A DNA stretch of 64,000 nt from Acidithiobacillus sp. (GTDB lineage: Bacteria > Pseudomonadota > Gammaproteobacteria > Acidithiobacillales > Acidithiobacillaceae). The stretch is taken from the NCBI RefSeq assembly GCF_023229925.1, contig NZ_JALNYM010000004.1:79998-143997 (forward strand), written 5' to 3'. The stretch's first letter is position 1. Each line of letters begins with the position of its first letter. The position numbers and the translations under genes were made by a program. The notes beneath the pieces were generated by a model that was not told the DNA's origin, made no database searches, and saw only the letters and a list, made by a program, of their open reading frames with translations. Shown in pieces: positions 39,423 through 50,075 of this stretch.

Positions 39423-40952
39423 TTAGTAGGTCTGAACCAAGTTTTTCCCGCCCATCTCAGGAGGCACCGGTAGATCCATGAGCTGAAGCAGAGTGGGGGC
39501 CAGATCTTCCAGCGCACCCCCGGACAGAATGTCAGCAGAACGCCCTATATATAGCAGGGGCACGGGATTGTGGGTATGGGAGGTGTGTGCCTGGCCGCTC
39601 TCGACGTCCAGCATTTGTTCAACGTTGCCATGATCGGCAGTGATGAGCACTTCGCCGCCTGCGGCGCGCACGGCGCTGACGATACGGCCCAGGCTACGGT
39701 CTACCGCTTCCACTGCAGCAATGGCGGCAGCCAGTTTGCCACTGTGGCCGACCATGTCAGGATTGGCGATATTACAGATGATGGCATCGTACTGGCGACT
39801 TTCAATACGGGTGACCAGCGTATCGGTCAGTTCGTTCACGCTCATTTCCGGCTGCAGATCGTATGTGGTGACCTTGGGGGAGGGAATCAACACCCGATCT
39901 TCACCGGGGAAGACCTTTTCGTTGCCGCCATTTAAAAAGAAAGTGACGTGGGCGTATTTTTCGGTTTCGGCGATGCGTAACTGATGCAAGCCGAATTGCG
40001 ATACCCATTCGCCAAAGGTGTTTTTTAGACGGGTGGGGGGGTAGGCGACATGCACGTCAAAGCGCTCGCTGTATTCTGTGAGGGTAACGAAGTCTGCGAG
40101 ATGGGGTATCACTTGCCGCGTAAAGCCGTCGAAATCCGCTTCGATAAAGGGGCGGGTGATCTGCCGGGCGCGATCGGAGCGAAAGTTCATGAATAACACG
40201 GCATCGTGATTACTGATGCACGCCGGGGTGGCACCAATCCGGGAGGCCGTGACAAATTCGTCGCTTTCGCCACGTGTATAGGCGGCAGCGAGCGCCTCGA
40301 CACCCGTAGCATAGTGCTCACCCTTGCCGAGGGTAAGTAGATCATAGGTCTGCTGTACCCGGTCCCAGCGATGATCACGATCCATGGCATAAAAACGGCC
40401 AATTACTGAAGCCAGAGTACCTCCGTGGGTCTTTATCTCTGCGTCCAGCCTTTCTAGAGAGGCCTCCGCACAGCGTGGCAAGGTATCACGGCCATCCAGA
40501 AAAGCGTGCACGTAAACCCGCTCGGCGCCCCGATCTCGCGCCAGGCGCAATGCCGCGAAAATGTGTTCTTCGTGGGAATGCACCCCGCCTGCCGAAAGCA
40601 GACCAAGAATATGTACAGCTCCGCCCTGTGCCTTGGCGGCATCCACCGCCGCACAGAGGGCGTTGTTAGAATAAAAGCTGCCATCGGCGATGGCACGATT
40701 GATACGTTCGTACTCCTGATATACCACACGACCGGCACCAATATTGATGTGCCCAACTTCACTGTTGCCCATCTGCCCGCTTGGAAGTCCTACAGAGGCC
40801 CCGGACGCATTGATGAGGCCATGGGGATAACTCTGCCACCAACTATCCCAGTTCGGCGTGCGTGCCTGGGCAATGGCATTATCCTCTGGTTCTTCACGAT
40901 AACCCCAGCCGTCAAGGATCAGGAGTAACATCGGACGTGGTTTATGGGTCAT
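39423..40952 (-). CDS. gpmI: 2,3-bisphosphoglycerate-independent phosphoglycerate mutase
   Basis: [30 protein letters not shown] and TADHGN motifs. Confidence 0.97.
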   Translation of the reverse strand: MTHKPRPMLLLILDGWGYREEPEDNAIAQARTPNWDSWWQSYPHGLINASGASVGLPSGQMGNSEVGHINIGAGRVVYQEYERINRAIADGSFYSNNALCAAVDAAKAQGGAVHILGLLSAGGVHSHEEHIFAALRLARDRGAERVYVHAFLDGRDTLPRCAEASLERLDAEIKTHGGTLASVIGRFYAMDRDHRWDRVQQTYDLLTLGKGEHYATGVEALAAAYTRGESDEFVTASRIGATPACISNHDAVLFMNFRSDRARQITRPFIEADFDGFTRQVIPHLADFVTLTEYSERFDVHVAYPPTRLKNTFGEWVSQFGLHQLRIAETEKYAHVTFFLNGGNEKVFPGEDRVLIPSPKVTTYDLQPEMSVNELTDTLVTRIESRQYDAIICNIANPDMVGHSGKLAAAIAAVEAVDRSLGRIVSAVRAAGGEVLITADHGNVEQMLDVESGQAHTSHTHNPVPLLYIGRSADILSGGALEDLAPTLLQLMDLPVPPEMGGKNLVQTY

Positions 40953-41018
40953 CAGTTTCCTCTGTGTGGCGAACGCACCCCGTTAGTGGGGGCATTAAAA
41001 CAGATCAGGCGAATTCTG

Positions 41019-43505
41019 TCATGGGGCCATGACCAGAGGTTTTAGGTGCCAGATGTCCGTGTTGTACTGAGCGATGGTCCGATCACTGGAAAAAACCCCG
41101 CTGGCCGCGGTGTTGAGGATGCTGAGACGCTGCCATTCGGTCTGATCATGCCAGAGTTCCGCCGCTTCCCGTTGCTTGAGCTTGTAGCTGGTGAAGTCGG
41201 CGAGCACCATCCACGGGTCATGGGGGTGGGTGATGGAGTGGATGATGGGATCGAAAATACCTGGTTCGAAAGCGTTGAAATAGCCGCTTTGCAGCAGGTC
41301 CATGACCCGCGCCAAATCGCGGTCCGTCTGAATATATATCTCTGGATTGTAGTGTCCGCGCAGTTGTCTGACCTCTTGAGCATTGAGCCCGAAGAGGAAA
41401 AAGTGCTCCGCACCGACCGCTTCGCGAATTTCGATATTGGCCCCATCCAGAGTGCCGATGGTCAGGGCACCATTCATCATGAATTTCATGTTGCCGGTAC
41501 CGGAGGCCTCCTTACCCGCGGTGGATATCTGCTCGGAGAGGTCAGTCGCTGCGCAGATATGCTCCATGAGGGAGACCCGGTAGTCGGGTAGGAAACTCAC
41601 GCGCAGCAAGCCTTCCGTATCTGGATCATGATTGATGATATTGGCAATGTTGTTGATGAATTTGATGGTGCGCTTGGCCATAAAGTAGCCGGGCGCCGCC
41701 TTGCCGGCGAACAGAACATTGCGGGGAGTCACCTCGGCAGCTTCGCCGCGCTTGATACGATCGTAGAGGTGAACGACGTGCAGGGCGTTGAGCAGTTGCC
41801 GCTTGTATTCGTGAATGCGCTTTACCTGCACGTCCACCAAGGCATCGGAGATGAAGGTGACGCCGGTATGCTGATGTACGAGTGCTGCCAACCGTTTCTT
41901 GTTAACGCGACGTACCTCTGCCCAGCGCTCGCGGAACGCTGCATCATCCGCTGCCGGTGCCAGGTCCCGCAAATGTTCCAGGTCGTACTTCCAGTCGGCG
42001 CCGATGCGCTCGGTGAGGAGGTCACGCAGCCCTGGGTTGGCCCATTGCAGCCAGCGCCGCGGTGTCACCCCATTGGTTTTATTGTTAAATTTCTTTGGCC
42101 AGAGACGGTGAAAATCGGCGAAAAGCTCATCACAGAGGAGTTGGGTGTGCAGTGCCGCAACCCCATTGACCGAAAAGCTGCCCACCACGGCGAGGTGTGC
42201 CATGCGCACCATCTGCTCGCCGCCTTCTTCGATAATAGACAGCCGCCGCAGTAAGCCGGTGTCGCCCGGTGCGCACCGGGCTACCTCTTGCAGGAAACGT
42301 CCATTGATTTCCAGGATGATTTCCAGCAGGCGTGGCAGGAGCTGCCGGAATAAACGCACCGACCACCGCTCTAATGCTTCGGGCAATAACGTGTGATTGG
42401 TATAAGCCATGGTGTGGCTGGTGATGTCCCATGCGTCTTGCCAGTTCAGGCCATGCTCATCCATCAGCAGGCGCATCAGTTCTGGCACGGCGCAACTGGG
42501 ATGGGTATCGTTGAGTTGGAAGCAGTGATATTTGGCAAAATCGCGAAAATTTTCGCCATGCACGGCGACCCAGTCCGCGACCACATCCTGAAGACTGGCG
42601 GAGGCCAGAAAGTACTGCTGGCGCAAGCGCAATTCTTTGCCGTTTTCGCTACTATCGTTGGGATAAAGCACCATGCTGATGTGCTCTGCGTTATTTTTTG
42701 CCGCGACCGCCTCGGGGTAAGCGCCCGCGTTGAATTCGCCGAGATCAAAAATGTCGGTGGACGCCGCTCGCCAGAGGCGCAGGGTATTGACCACTTCATT
42801 GCGATAGCCCGGAATGGGGACATCGTAAGGTACGGCGAGCACATCGTGGGTGTCGACCCAACGCCAATGCATTTTTCCTTGAGCATCATGATAGGTGTCG
42901 CTATGCCCAAAAAAATGGACCCGGCGCACGCGCGCTGGCCGTTTCAGTTCCCAGGGATAGCCGTTCTTCAACCAGTGATCAGGTTCCTCCACCTGCTCGC
43001 CACCACGAATTTCCTGACGGAACATGCCGTAATCGTAGCGGATACCATAACCCGTGACCGGCAAACCCAAAGAGGCGCAGCTATCCAGAAAGCATGCCGC
43101 AAGACGGCCCAGGCCACCATTACCCAGGCCAGCGTCAGGCTCCACTTCGATGACGTCCGTCAGTTCACGATGCTCCTGGGTCAGTACATCGCGTGCAGCG
43201 TCTTCCAAACCCAGATTCAGCAGGGTATTGCCCATAGTCCGCCCGAGCAGGAACTCCAGGGATAGATAAAAGGTGCGCTTGTTATTCTCGGCGGCCATTT
43301 TTTTTTGGGTGTTTTTCCAGCGTTCGACCAAGCGGTCACGCAGGCTCATGGCCAGGGCTGTATAAACGCTGCTCCCCGAGTTTGCCGTTTCTTCGGCACC
43401 CAGAGTGCGCAGCAGATAATGACGAGTATCCATGCACAGACTGGAGGCATCCATGCCCAAAGGGGGCAGGGGGCACGCGGTTTTGCTCAGGCTCGGGGCA
43501 GGCAT
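41019..43505 (-). CDS. glgP: Glycogen/maltodextrin phosphorylase
   Basis: GLGNGGLGRLAACFLDS, QLNDTHP and KEASGTGNMK (PLP lysine) motifs; start placed behind AGGAG. Confidence 0.96.
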   Translation of the reverse strand: MPAPSLSKTACPLPPLGMDASSLCMDTRHYLLRTLGAEETANSGSSVYTALAMSLRDRLVERWKNTQKKMAAENNKRTFYLSLEFLLGRTMGNTLLNLGLEDAARDVLTQEHRELTDVIEVEPDAGLGNGGLGRLAACFLDSCASLGLPVTGYGIRYDYGMFRQEIRGGEQVEEPDHWLKNGYPWELKRPARVRRVHFFGHSDTYHDAQGKMHWRWVDTHDVLAVPYDVPIPGYRNEVVNTLRLWRAASTDIFDLGEFNAGAYPEAVAAKNNAEHISMVLYPNDSSENGKELRLRQQYFLASASLQDVVADWVAVHGENFRDFAKYHCFQLNDTHPSCAVPELMRLLMDEHGLNWQDAWDITSHTMAYTNHTLLPEALERWSVRLFRQLLPRLLEIILEINGRFLQEVARCAPGDTGLLRRLSIIEEGGEQMVRMAHLAVVGSFSVNGVAALHTQLLCDELFADFHRLWPKKFNNKTNGVTPRRWLQWANPGLRDLLTERIGADWKYDLEHLRDLAPAADDAAFRERWAEVRRVNKKRLAALVHQHTGVTFISDALVDVQVKRIHEYKRQLLNALHVVHLYDRIKRGEAAEVTPRNVLFAGKAAPGYFMAKRTIKFINNIANIINHDPDTEGLLRVSFLPDYRVSLMEHICAATDLSEQISTAGKEASGTGNMKFMMNGALTIGTLDGANIEIREAVGAEHFFLFGLNAQEVRQLRGHYNPEIYIQTDRDLARVMDLLQSGYFNAFEPGIFDPIIHSITHPHDPWMVLADFTSYKLKQREAAELWHDQTEWQRLSILNTAASGVFSSDRTIAQYNTDIWHLKPLVMAP

Positions 43506-43647
43506 GGTAAGACTCCTCAAAAGGCGGGTGATGGACAATCTCATCATAGAATGATGTTACGGCCCAGGAAAGGAGAGTTTATTGCTTGTTTTTTGTCATT
43601 GCCGCATCCATCTATAGGAGGGATCAAGCAATAAAGGAGAATACCGG

Positions 43648-44097
43648 ATGGCTACTGTAACTTGGGTGTTGGTGAGTAATGCCGCGGAAGCGCGCCTCTT
43701 TAAAAATGAAGGTTGCGACACAGGCCTGCATCTCTTGCAGGATTGGACCCACCCCGACAGCCGCAAACATCAGGACGATCTGGTGACGGATGCGGGAGGG
43801 CGCGTTCAGCAGAGCTTCGCCGCCGGGGCACGACCTGGCATCGAGTGGCAAACCAGTCCTAAAGAGACGGAAATGTTGCACTTCGCCAGTGAATTGGCGA
43901 CCTATTTAAGTGAGGCACGAAAGCAGAATGCTTTCCAACACCTGGTGCTTGTCGCTTCTCCGCATATTCTGGGTTTGCTGCGCGAAAGACTGGACGCACC
44001 TACCAGCGCAGTGATTTCAGGCACCTTGAACAAGGATTATACTTATGTCGGTGTGGAGGAGCTCAGTAAGCATCTCGCCCAGGTCATGTGTCCTTGA
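43648..44097 (+). CDS. Host attachment protein family (AtsE-like / baeRF12-like)
   Basis: TWVLVSNAAEARLF...DLVTDAGGR...LVLVASPHILGLLR pattern. Confidence 0.8.
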   Translation: MATVTWVLVSNAAEARLFKNEGCDTGLHLLQDWTHPDSRKHQDDLVTDAGGRVQQSFAAGARPGIEWQTSPKETEMLHFASELATYLSEARKQNAFQHLVLVASPHILGLLRERLDAPTSAVISGTLNKDYTYVGVEELSKHLAQVMCP

Positions 44098-44131
44098 GGG
44101 CTTGTAGGTTTTGTTGCAGGAGGGAGGAAGA

Positions 44132-44518
44132 GTGAGCAAATCACTGGCAGATTTTATACGGAATGCGCGCGGTCAAATTCGCGAAATAGACTGCGACACG
44201 CTGGAGGACTGGCTGCGCAGCCGCGATGGTGTGCTGGTGGTGGATGTCCGGGAGTCCGGCGCCTTCATGGAGGGGCATTTGCCCAATGCTATCCATGTGC
44301 CCCGCGGCTATCTGGAGGCTATGGCCGATCCGGAGTATGCCCATTGTCATCCAGAGTTGGCCTTGGCGCGCGATCGGGTCGTTGTCCTTTACTGTGACAG
44401 CGGAACGCGCTCCGCACTGGCAGCGGTGACTTTGCAGGAGATGGGCTTTGCCGAAGTTTATAACCTCGGCGGCGGCATCAATGTCTGGGATGCCGAGGAT
44501 AAGCCCATCGTTTCTTAA
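44132..44518 (+). CDS. Rhodanese-like sulfurtransferase
   Basis: VVDVRE, GHLPNAIHVPRG, active-site loop CDSGTRS, YNLGGGI. Confidence 0.9.
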   Translation: MSKSLADFIRNARGQIREIDCDTLEDWLRSRDGVLVVDVRESGAFMEGHLPNAIHVPRGYLEAMADPEYAHCHPELALARDRVVVLYCDSGTRSALAAVTLQEMGFAEVYNLGGGINVWDAEDKPIVS

Positions 44519-44530
44519 GTGGCTCGAAAC

Positions 44531-45472
44531 CTAGCCGATATTCTCGCCAAAGTTTTCATGGTAGCGCGCCTGAAATTCCGGCCAGGTAAAACGGTGGTTC
44601 TGGGTGCCTGCACTTTCAATCTTATAGGCGCCCATCAACGAGGCGACCTTGCCGGTCGTTTCCCAGCCAAGGTCGCGCTCCAGTCCATATAGCAGCCCGG
44701 CCCGATAGGCATCACCGCATCCGGTAGGATCCAAAACGGCTTTGGGTTTGGCGGCTGGAATGATCGTCTCCTCGCCATCATGGTAAATCACCGAGCCATG
44801 CTCGCCGCGGGTGACGATCAGGGCTTTCAGACGCTGGCAGAGCTCGTCGACGCGGAGACCCGTGCGTGCCTGTACCATCTGGCACTCATAATCATTGACG
44901 GTGAGGTAGTCCGCACGATCAATAAGATGCGTCAAGGTTGCCGCATCAAAGAGGGGCAAGCCCTGACCGGGATCAAACAGCGTGGGGATGCCAGCATTCG
45001 TAAGGTCTTCCAAATGCTGCACCATGGCGCCGAGGCCATCGGGTGAAACAATGGCCCAATGCACATCTTCGGGAATACGGCCGGCCAGATGATTTTCCTG
45101 GGCCTGAAACATGGCGCCGGGGTGAAAGGCAGTGATTTGATTGTCGTCCAGATCAGTGGTAATGAAGGCCTGTGCGGTGTAATGGTCCGGGAGAATCCGC
45201 AGTAGTCTGGTGTCTAACTCTTGTGCCTCTAGGTGATCGAGGTAGGGGGTGAAGTCCTGGCCAGCGGTGCCGACAATCAGTGGATTGCCACCTAACAATT
45301 TTAGATTGTAGGCGATGTTGCCGGCACAGCCGCCAAAGTCGCGCCGCATTTCCGGGACGGTGAAGGAGACGTTCAGCATGTGTACCTGATCGGGCAGAAT
45401 GTGTGCCTTGAAGCGGTCCTGAAAAACCATGATGGTATCAAAGGCCAGAGAGCCGCAGACGAGAGTGGACAT
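44531..45472 (-). CDS. PfkB-family carbohydrate kinase, adenosine kinase-like
   Basis: GSLAFD, FGGCAGNIAY and DPTGCGDAYRAG motifs; close to ahcY. Confidence 0.88.
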   Translation of the reverse strand: MSTLVCGSLAFDTIMVFQDRFKAHILPDQVHMLNVSFTVPEMRRDFGGCAGNIAYNLKLLGGNPLIVGTAGQDFTPYLDHLEAQELDTRLLRILPDHYTAQAFITTDLDDNQITAFHPGAMFQAQENHLAGRIPEDVHWAIVSPDGLGAMVQHLEDLTNAGIPTLFDPGQGLPLFDAATLTHLIDRADYLTVNDYECQMVQARTGLRVDELCQRLKALIVTRGEHGSVIYHDGEETIIPAAKPKAVLDPTGCGDAYRAGLLYGLERDLGWETTGKVASLMGAYKIESAGTQNHRFTWPEFQARYHENFGENIG

Positions 45473-45594
45473 GAAAACTCCTTGTTGGTTTTTTGTCAAA
45501 GTGGACTAAATGGTGTGGTATATTCATCTAAATCAGGCTATGATTGTAACAGGTTTCAGTTTGTAGTGCTGCCATATACGAGGTGCATTAGGCC

Positions 45595-46200
45595 ATGAAG
45601 TGGGGGGTGCGCGCTTTGCTGGTGTTCTCCGGGCTTCTCCTCGCCATGCCGGCTTGGGGAGAGGGCCAAGCTGCGCATGATGAGACTTACATCAATCTCT
45701 TTGGTGGCAGCACCTTCTTTGATGCATCCAGCGGACTGGGTGGCGGAGGTAATGCTGGCGTGGTTGGTTTGCGTCTAGGGCATCGTGTGGACGCCCATGT
45801 GGGGGTTGAAGCGCAAGTGGCGGCAGCCTTTGCTCAGTTACAAAGTCCCGCGCATGCTAACGCCGCCAATCAATACAGTGGTGCGGTCCTCGGTAATCTT
45901 TACGTTTTTGATAGTTCTGATACTCCTTATCTTTCTTTGGGTTTGGGGGCATCCAGCAACCTGTTTAATAACCAGCTTGGGCGGAGCACCTCGTTGATGG
46001 GTGTCTTCGGGGTGGGATATCAGTATCTACTGAACGATCAGATTGGTTTGCGTCTGGGTGTGCAGGACCAGTTGCTCTTTAGTGCTCCTACGCCCAGCGG
46101 CGCTAACCTCAATGATGTACAGGTGACAGGTGGTATTTCTTATTTCTGGGGCGGTGGCAAAAAATCCTCTTTTCCGGTGGTCGGTCCGGCGCATCCTTAA
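45595..46200 (+). CDS. Outer-membrane beta-barrel protein (OmpA-like membrane domain)
   Basis: Signal peptide and alternating Gly/aromatic beta-strands. Confidence 0.7.
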   Translation: MKWGVRALLVFSGLLLAMPAWGEGQAAHDETYINLFGGSTFFDASSGLGGGGNAGVVGLRLGHRVDAHVGVEAQVAAAFAQLQSPAHANAANQYSGAVLGNLYVFDSSDTPYLSLGLGASSNLFNNQLGRSTSLMGVFGVGYQYLLNDQIGLRLGVQDQLLFSAPTPSGANLNDVQVTGGISYFWGGGKKSSFPVVGPAHP

Positions 46201-46342
46201 GCCGTATACCCGCCCTGCTTGAGCAATTTTTGCCTTTGCGGTGAGCGTGTTTCACTTCGCTTGTGCTGTGTTCCTTTGATATAGTGCGCGCTGTCCCTGT
46301 CGACTGTGACAGTCGGCCTAGCCAGCGAGGAGCCTAGCGCAC

Positions 46343-47512
46343 ATGTCCAAAAGTCATCTTTTCACCTCTGAATCTGTTTCCGAAGGTCACCCCGATAAGG
46401 TGGCAGATCAGATTTCCGATGCCATTCTTGACGCGATTCTGGCTCAGGATTCCCGTGGTCGTGTGGCGGCAGAGACGCTGATCACTACCGGCCTGATCGT
46501 GCTTGCGGGGGAAATTACCACCTCAGCAGTGGTGGATTATGCGGATGTAGCGCGCCAGACCGTGCGCCGGATCGGTTATAATTCCTCGGACATGGGTTTC
46601 GACTGGGCCTCCTGTGCGGTGGTGCAGACCCTGGATAAGCAATCCCCTGATATCGCTCAGGGTGTGGACGAGGGGGCCGGCATTGACCTCGATCAGGGCG
46701 CTGGTGACCAGGGCCTGATGTTCGGCTTTGCCTGTGACGAGACAGATGTGCTGATGCCGACCCCCATCTATTTTGCCCACCGTCTGACCGAGCGGCAGGC
46801 GATGGTGCGCAAAGATGGTCGCCTGCCCTGGCTGCGACCTGATGCCAAAAGTCAGGTGACGGTACGCTATGAGGATGGTCGCCCAGTCGCCATCGATACG
46901 GTTGTGCTTTCCACCCAGCATAGCCCGGAGATCAGCCATGCAGATCTCGTCGAAGCCGTGCGCGAGGAAATCATCAAGCCTGTCCTGCCGCCTGAGATGA
47001 TTCATAGGGATACGAAATACCTGATCAACCCCACCGGCCGTTTTGTGATCGGCGGACCTGTGGGCGACTGTGGTTTGACCGGGCGCAAAATCATTGTGGA
47101 CACCTACGGTGGTCAGGGTAGTCATGGCGGCGGTGCATTCTCCGGTAAGGATCCTTCCAAGGTCGATCGTTCCTCTTCCTACGCCGGACGCTATGTGGCC
47201 AAAAACATCGTGGCCGCTGGCTTGGCCAGGCGTTGCGAAGTGCAGGTGGCCTATGCCATCGGTGTTTCCCAGCCGGTAAGTCTGATGGTGGACACTTTTG
47301 GTACCGGAGTGATCGACGACGATCGCATCGCCGCTCTGGTGCGTGAGCACTTTGACCTGCGCCCCAAGGGCATCATCCAGATGCTCGACCTGTTGCGGCC
47401 GATCTATGCCAAAACGGCTGCCTATGGTCACTTTGGTCGCGAAGAGCCTGAGTTCACCTGGGAGCGTACTGACAAGGCGGCTGTCTTGCGTGACGCTGCC
47501 GGACTGCGGTAA
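46343..47512 (+). CDS. metK: S-adenosylmethionine synthetase
   Basis: [33 protein letters not shown] and GGGAFSGKD motifs. Confidence 0.98.
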   Translation: MSKSHLFTSESVSEGHPDKVADQISDAILDAILAQDSRGRVAAETLITTGLIVLAGEITTSAVVDYADVARQTVRRIGYNSSDMGFDWASCAVVQTLDKQSPDIAQGVDEGAGIDLDQGAGDQGLMFGFACDETDVLMPTPIYFAHRLTERQAMVRKDGRLPWLRPDAKSQVTVRYEDGRPVAIDTVVLSTQHSPEISHADLVEAVREEIIKPVLPPEMIHRDTKYLINPTGRFVIGGPVGDCGLTGRKIIVDTYGGQGSHGGGAFSGKDPSKVDRSSSYAGRYVAKNIVAAGLARRCEVQVAYAIGVSQPVSLMVDTFGTGVIDDDRIAALVREHFDLRPKGIIQMLDLLRPIYAKTAAYGHFGREEPEFTWERTDKAAVLRDAAGLR

Positions 47513-47548
47513 AAATGCCTTAGTGGGGGTTCCCCCTGCTGGAAGATC

Positions 47549-47675
47549 AGGTCGAGGGGCGCTGCAGTCGTCATGCCTCACTTTGCCGATCCGGCTGGAT
47601 GCTTCTCTGGCTGGAATGGTGGTGGGGTTACGATCAGGCTCGACCTATGCTTCCCATCTGTAAAACTGCGCTCGC
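47549..47675 (+). ncRNA. SAH riboswitch with enlarged P2 region
   Basis: GAGGGGCGCTGCA core, CAGGCTCG motif, P1 AGGTCGAG (47549-56)/CTCGACCT (47639-46), pseudoknot GGGCGC/GCGCTC, directly upstream of ahcY. Confidence 0.85.
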
Positions 47676-47699
47676 TTTCATGCTCAAGGAATGACTTAC

Positions 47700-49106
47700 A
47701 TGAATGCTGTGCTCAAAAGTTCTGCTGATTATAAAGTCGCCGATATTTCCCTCGCCGATTGGGGGCGTAAAGAAACCCGCATTGCTGAAACAGAAATGCC
47801 GGCTTTGATGACCATTCGCCGCAAATACCAGACGCAGCAGCCCCTCAAAGGTGCGCGTATTGCCGGCTGTATCCACATGACCATCCAGACCGCGGTACTC
47901 ATCGAAACGCTGGTAGCGCTCGGTGCGGAAGTGCGTTGGTCGTCCTGTAACATTTTCTCCACCCAGGATCAGGCGGCGGCGGCCATCGCGGCGGCGGGTA
48001 TTCCGGTTTTTGCCTGGAAAGGTGAGACGGAAGACGAGTATTGGTGGTGTGTCGAGCAGACCATCACCGGCCCGGATGGCTGGCGCCCGAACATGCTGCT
48101 GGATGACGGTGGAGACCTTACCGGCCTGTTGCACGAGAAATATCCGGAGCTGCTGGCCGGTATCCATGGCGTCTCCGAGGAAACCACTACCGGTGTGCAT
48201 CGCCTCTGGGAAATGGCCCGCGAAGGCAGCCTGAAAATTCCTGCCATCAACGTCAACGACTCCGTGACTAAGAGCAAGAACGACAACAAGTATGGTTGCC
48301 GTCACTCGCTCAGTGATGCGATCAAACGGGCTACCGACCATCTGCTTTCCGGCAAGCGCGCACTGGTGCTGGGCTATGGCGATGTGGGCAAGGGCTCGGC
48401 GGCTTCCCTGCGTCAGGAGGGGATGATTGTGCGCGTTACTGAGGTGGATCCCATTTGCGCCATGCAGGCCTGCATGGACGGTTATGAAGTCGTGTCACCC
48501 TATAAAAACGGCATCAACGACGGTACAGATGCCAGCATTGATCGTGATCTTCTGGGCCAGATGGATTTGCTGGTGACTGCGACCGGTAACTTCAACGTCT
48601 GTGACGCCGGTATGCTCAAGGCCATCAAGAAGGGGGCCGTGGTTTGTAACATCGGTCATTTTGATAACGAAATTGATACTGCTTTCATGCGCAAAACCTG
48701 GGCCTGGGACGAAGTGAAGGCGCAGGTCCACAAGGTCTACCGCGATACGGTTACCGGTAAGGCCTTTGATCCCGATAGTGACGACTACCTGATCCTGCTC
48801 TCCGAAGGGCGTTTGGTGAACTTGGGCAATGCGACGGGTCACCCCAGCCGAATCATGGATGGTTCTTTCGCCAACCAGGTGCTGGCGCAGATGCATCTGT
48901 ACGGTGAGCGTTTTGCCGATCTGCCTGCCTCGGAAAAGGCCGCTCACATCTCTGTTACCGTCCTGCCGAAGGCTCTGGATGAAGAAGTGGCCCGCTATAT
49001 GGTGGAGGGCTTCGCGGGAGTATTGACCCGTCTGACTGACGCGCAGTCCAAGTACCTTGGCGTGTCCGTTGATGGCCCCTTCAAAGCGGATGCGTACCGC
49101 TACTGA
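47700..49106 (+). CDS. ahcY: Adenosylhomocysteinase
   Basis: [32 protein letters not shown] and [14 protein letters not shown] motifs. Confidence 0.98.
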   Translation: MNAVLKSSADYKVADISLADWGRKETRIAETEMPALMTIRRKYQTQQPLKGARIAGCIHMTIQTAVLIETLVALGAEVRWSSCNIFSTQDQAAAAIAAAGIPVFAWKGETEDEYWWCVEQTITGPDGWRPNMLLDDGGDLTGLLHEKYPELLAGIHGVSEETTTGVHRLWEMAREGSLKIPAINVNDSVTKSKNDNKYGCRHSLSDAIKRATDHLLSGKRALVLGYGDVGKGSAASLRQEGMIVRVTEVDPICAMQACMDGYEVVSPYKNGINDGTDASIDRDLLGQMDLLVTATGNFNVCDAGMLKAIKKGAVVCNIGHFDNEIDTAFMRKTWAWDEVKAQVHKVYRDTVTGKAFDPDSDDYLILLSEGRLVNLGNATGHPSRIMDGSFANQVLAQMHLYGERFADLPASEKAAHISVTVLPKALDEEVARYMVEGFAGVLTRLTDAQSKYLGVSVDGPFKADAYRY

Positions 49107-49924
49107 TGGCACATTCCGTCGAGTTCTTTCCCCCCAAAAATGCCGCGGGTGAGGAACGTCTGCGGGAGGCGATCACCGCGCTTCTCCCCTTGGGTCCCGA
49201 GTATGCCTCGGTGACCTTCGGGGCGGGTGGGTCCACCCGCGAGCGGACCTTTGCTACCGTGACCATGATCCGTCAGGATTATGATCTGGAGGCGGTGCCG
49301 CATCTTTCGTGCATCGGGTCTACGGAAGCCGGGATTCGGGAGATTCTCGAAGATTACCAGAAGCAGGGCATACGGCGTATCGTGGCCCTGCGTGGTGATT
49401 TGCCGGAAGGTATGGAGAATCCTGGCCATTTTCAGCATGCCGCAGATTTGGTTGCATTTATCCGTCATTTTGGTGGTTTTGACGTGTATGTGGCGGGTTA
49501 TCCGGAGATTCATCCCAGAGCGACTTCGGCTCGTGATGATGTGGCGCATCTCGTGGCCAAGGTACGGGCCGGAGCGGATGCGATTATCACCCAATATTTT
49601 TTCAATCCCGATGCTTACCTGCAGTTGCGCGATGAGTTGCAACAACAGGGAGTTGAAGTGCCGGTGGTGGTCGGTGTCATGCCCATCACTCACTTTGAGC
49701 AAATATCCCGTTTTTCTGCCATGTGCGGAGCAGATATTCCGCAGTATGTGCGACGACGGATGGATGCCTATGCAGATGATCCACAATCTCAGTATCAACT
49801 TGGAATCGACTTGTTGAGCCGACAGTGTCAGTTGCTGCTGCGGGAAGGTGCGCCGAGCCTGCATTTTTATACCTTGAATCAGGCTGAGGCGACGACAGCG
49901 ATCTGGTACAATCTCGGTCTATAG
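49106..49924 (+). CDS. metF: 5,10-methylenetetrahydrofolate reductase
   Basis: SVEFFPPK, SVTFGAGGST, ALRGD, ITQYFF and LHFYTLN motifs. Confidence 0.96.
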   Translation: MAHSVEFFPPKNAAGEERLREAITALLPLGPEYASVTFGAGGSTRERTFATVTMIRQDYDLEAVPHLSCIGSTEAGIREILEDYQKQGIRRIVALRGDLPEGMENPGHFQHAADLVAFIRHFGGFDVYVAGYPEIHPRATSARDDVAHLVAKVRAGADAIITQYFFNPDAYLQLRDELQQQGVEVPVVVGVMPITHFEQISRFSAMCGADIPQYVRRRMDAYADDPQSQYQLGIDLLSRQCQLLLREGAPSLHFYTLNQAEATTAIWYNLGL

Positions 49925-49978
49925 TCATCATTGATGTTATCGTCTGGCCAGCGCGCAGGGTCTGTGGCGGCTTTTATA

Positions 49979-50006
49979 TTGACCAGCGGACGCCCTTTGC
50001 TAAACT
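49979..50006 (+). promoter_or_regulatory. Putative sigma70 promoter for the phosphoribulokinase gene
   Basis: TTGACC (49979-84), 16-nt spacer, TGC-TAAACT extended -10 (50001-06). Confidence 0.45.
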
Positions 50007-50075
50007 GGCCAAAAGCATGCCAGTTCGCAGAGCGGACGCCCTGCAGGTTTTATTCACCAAAGAGGTTATATTTCC

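Noticed and set aside
46201-46342. SAM riboswitch upstream of metK
   Set aside because: Only a short CGACTG/CAGTCG hairpin is present; I recognised no SAM-I, SAM-II or SAM-SAH consensus.
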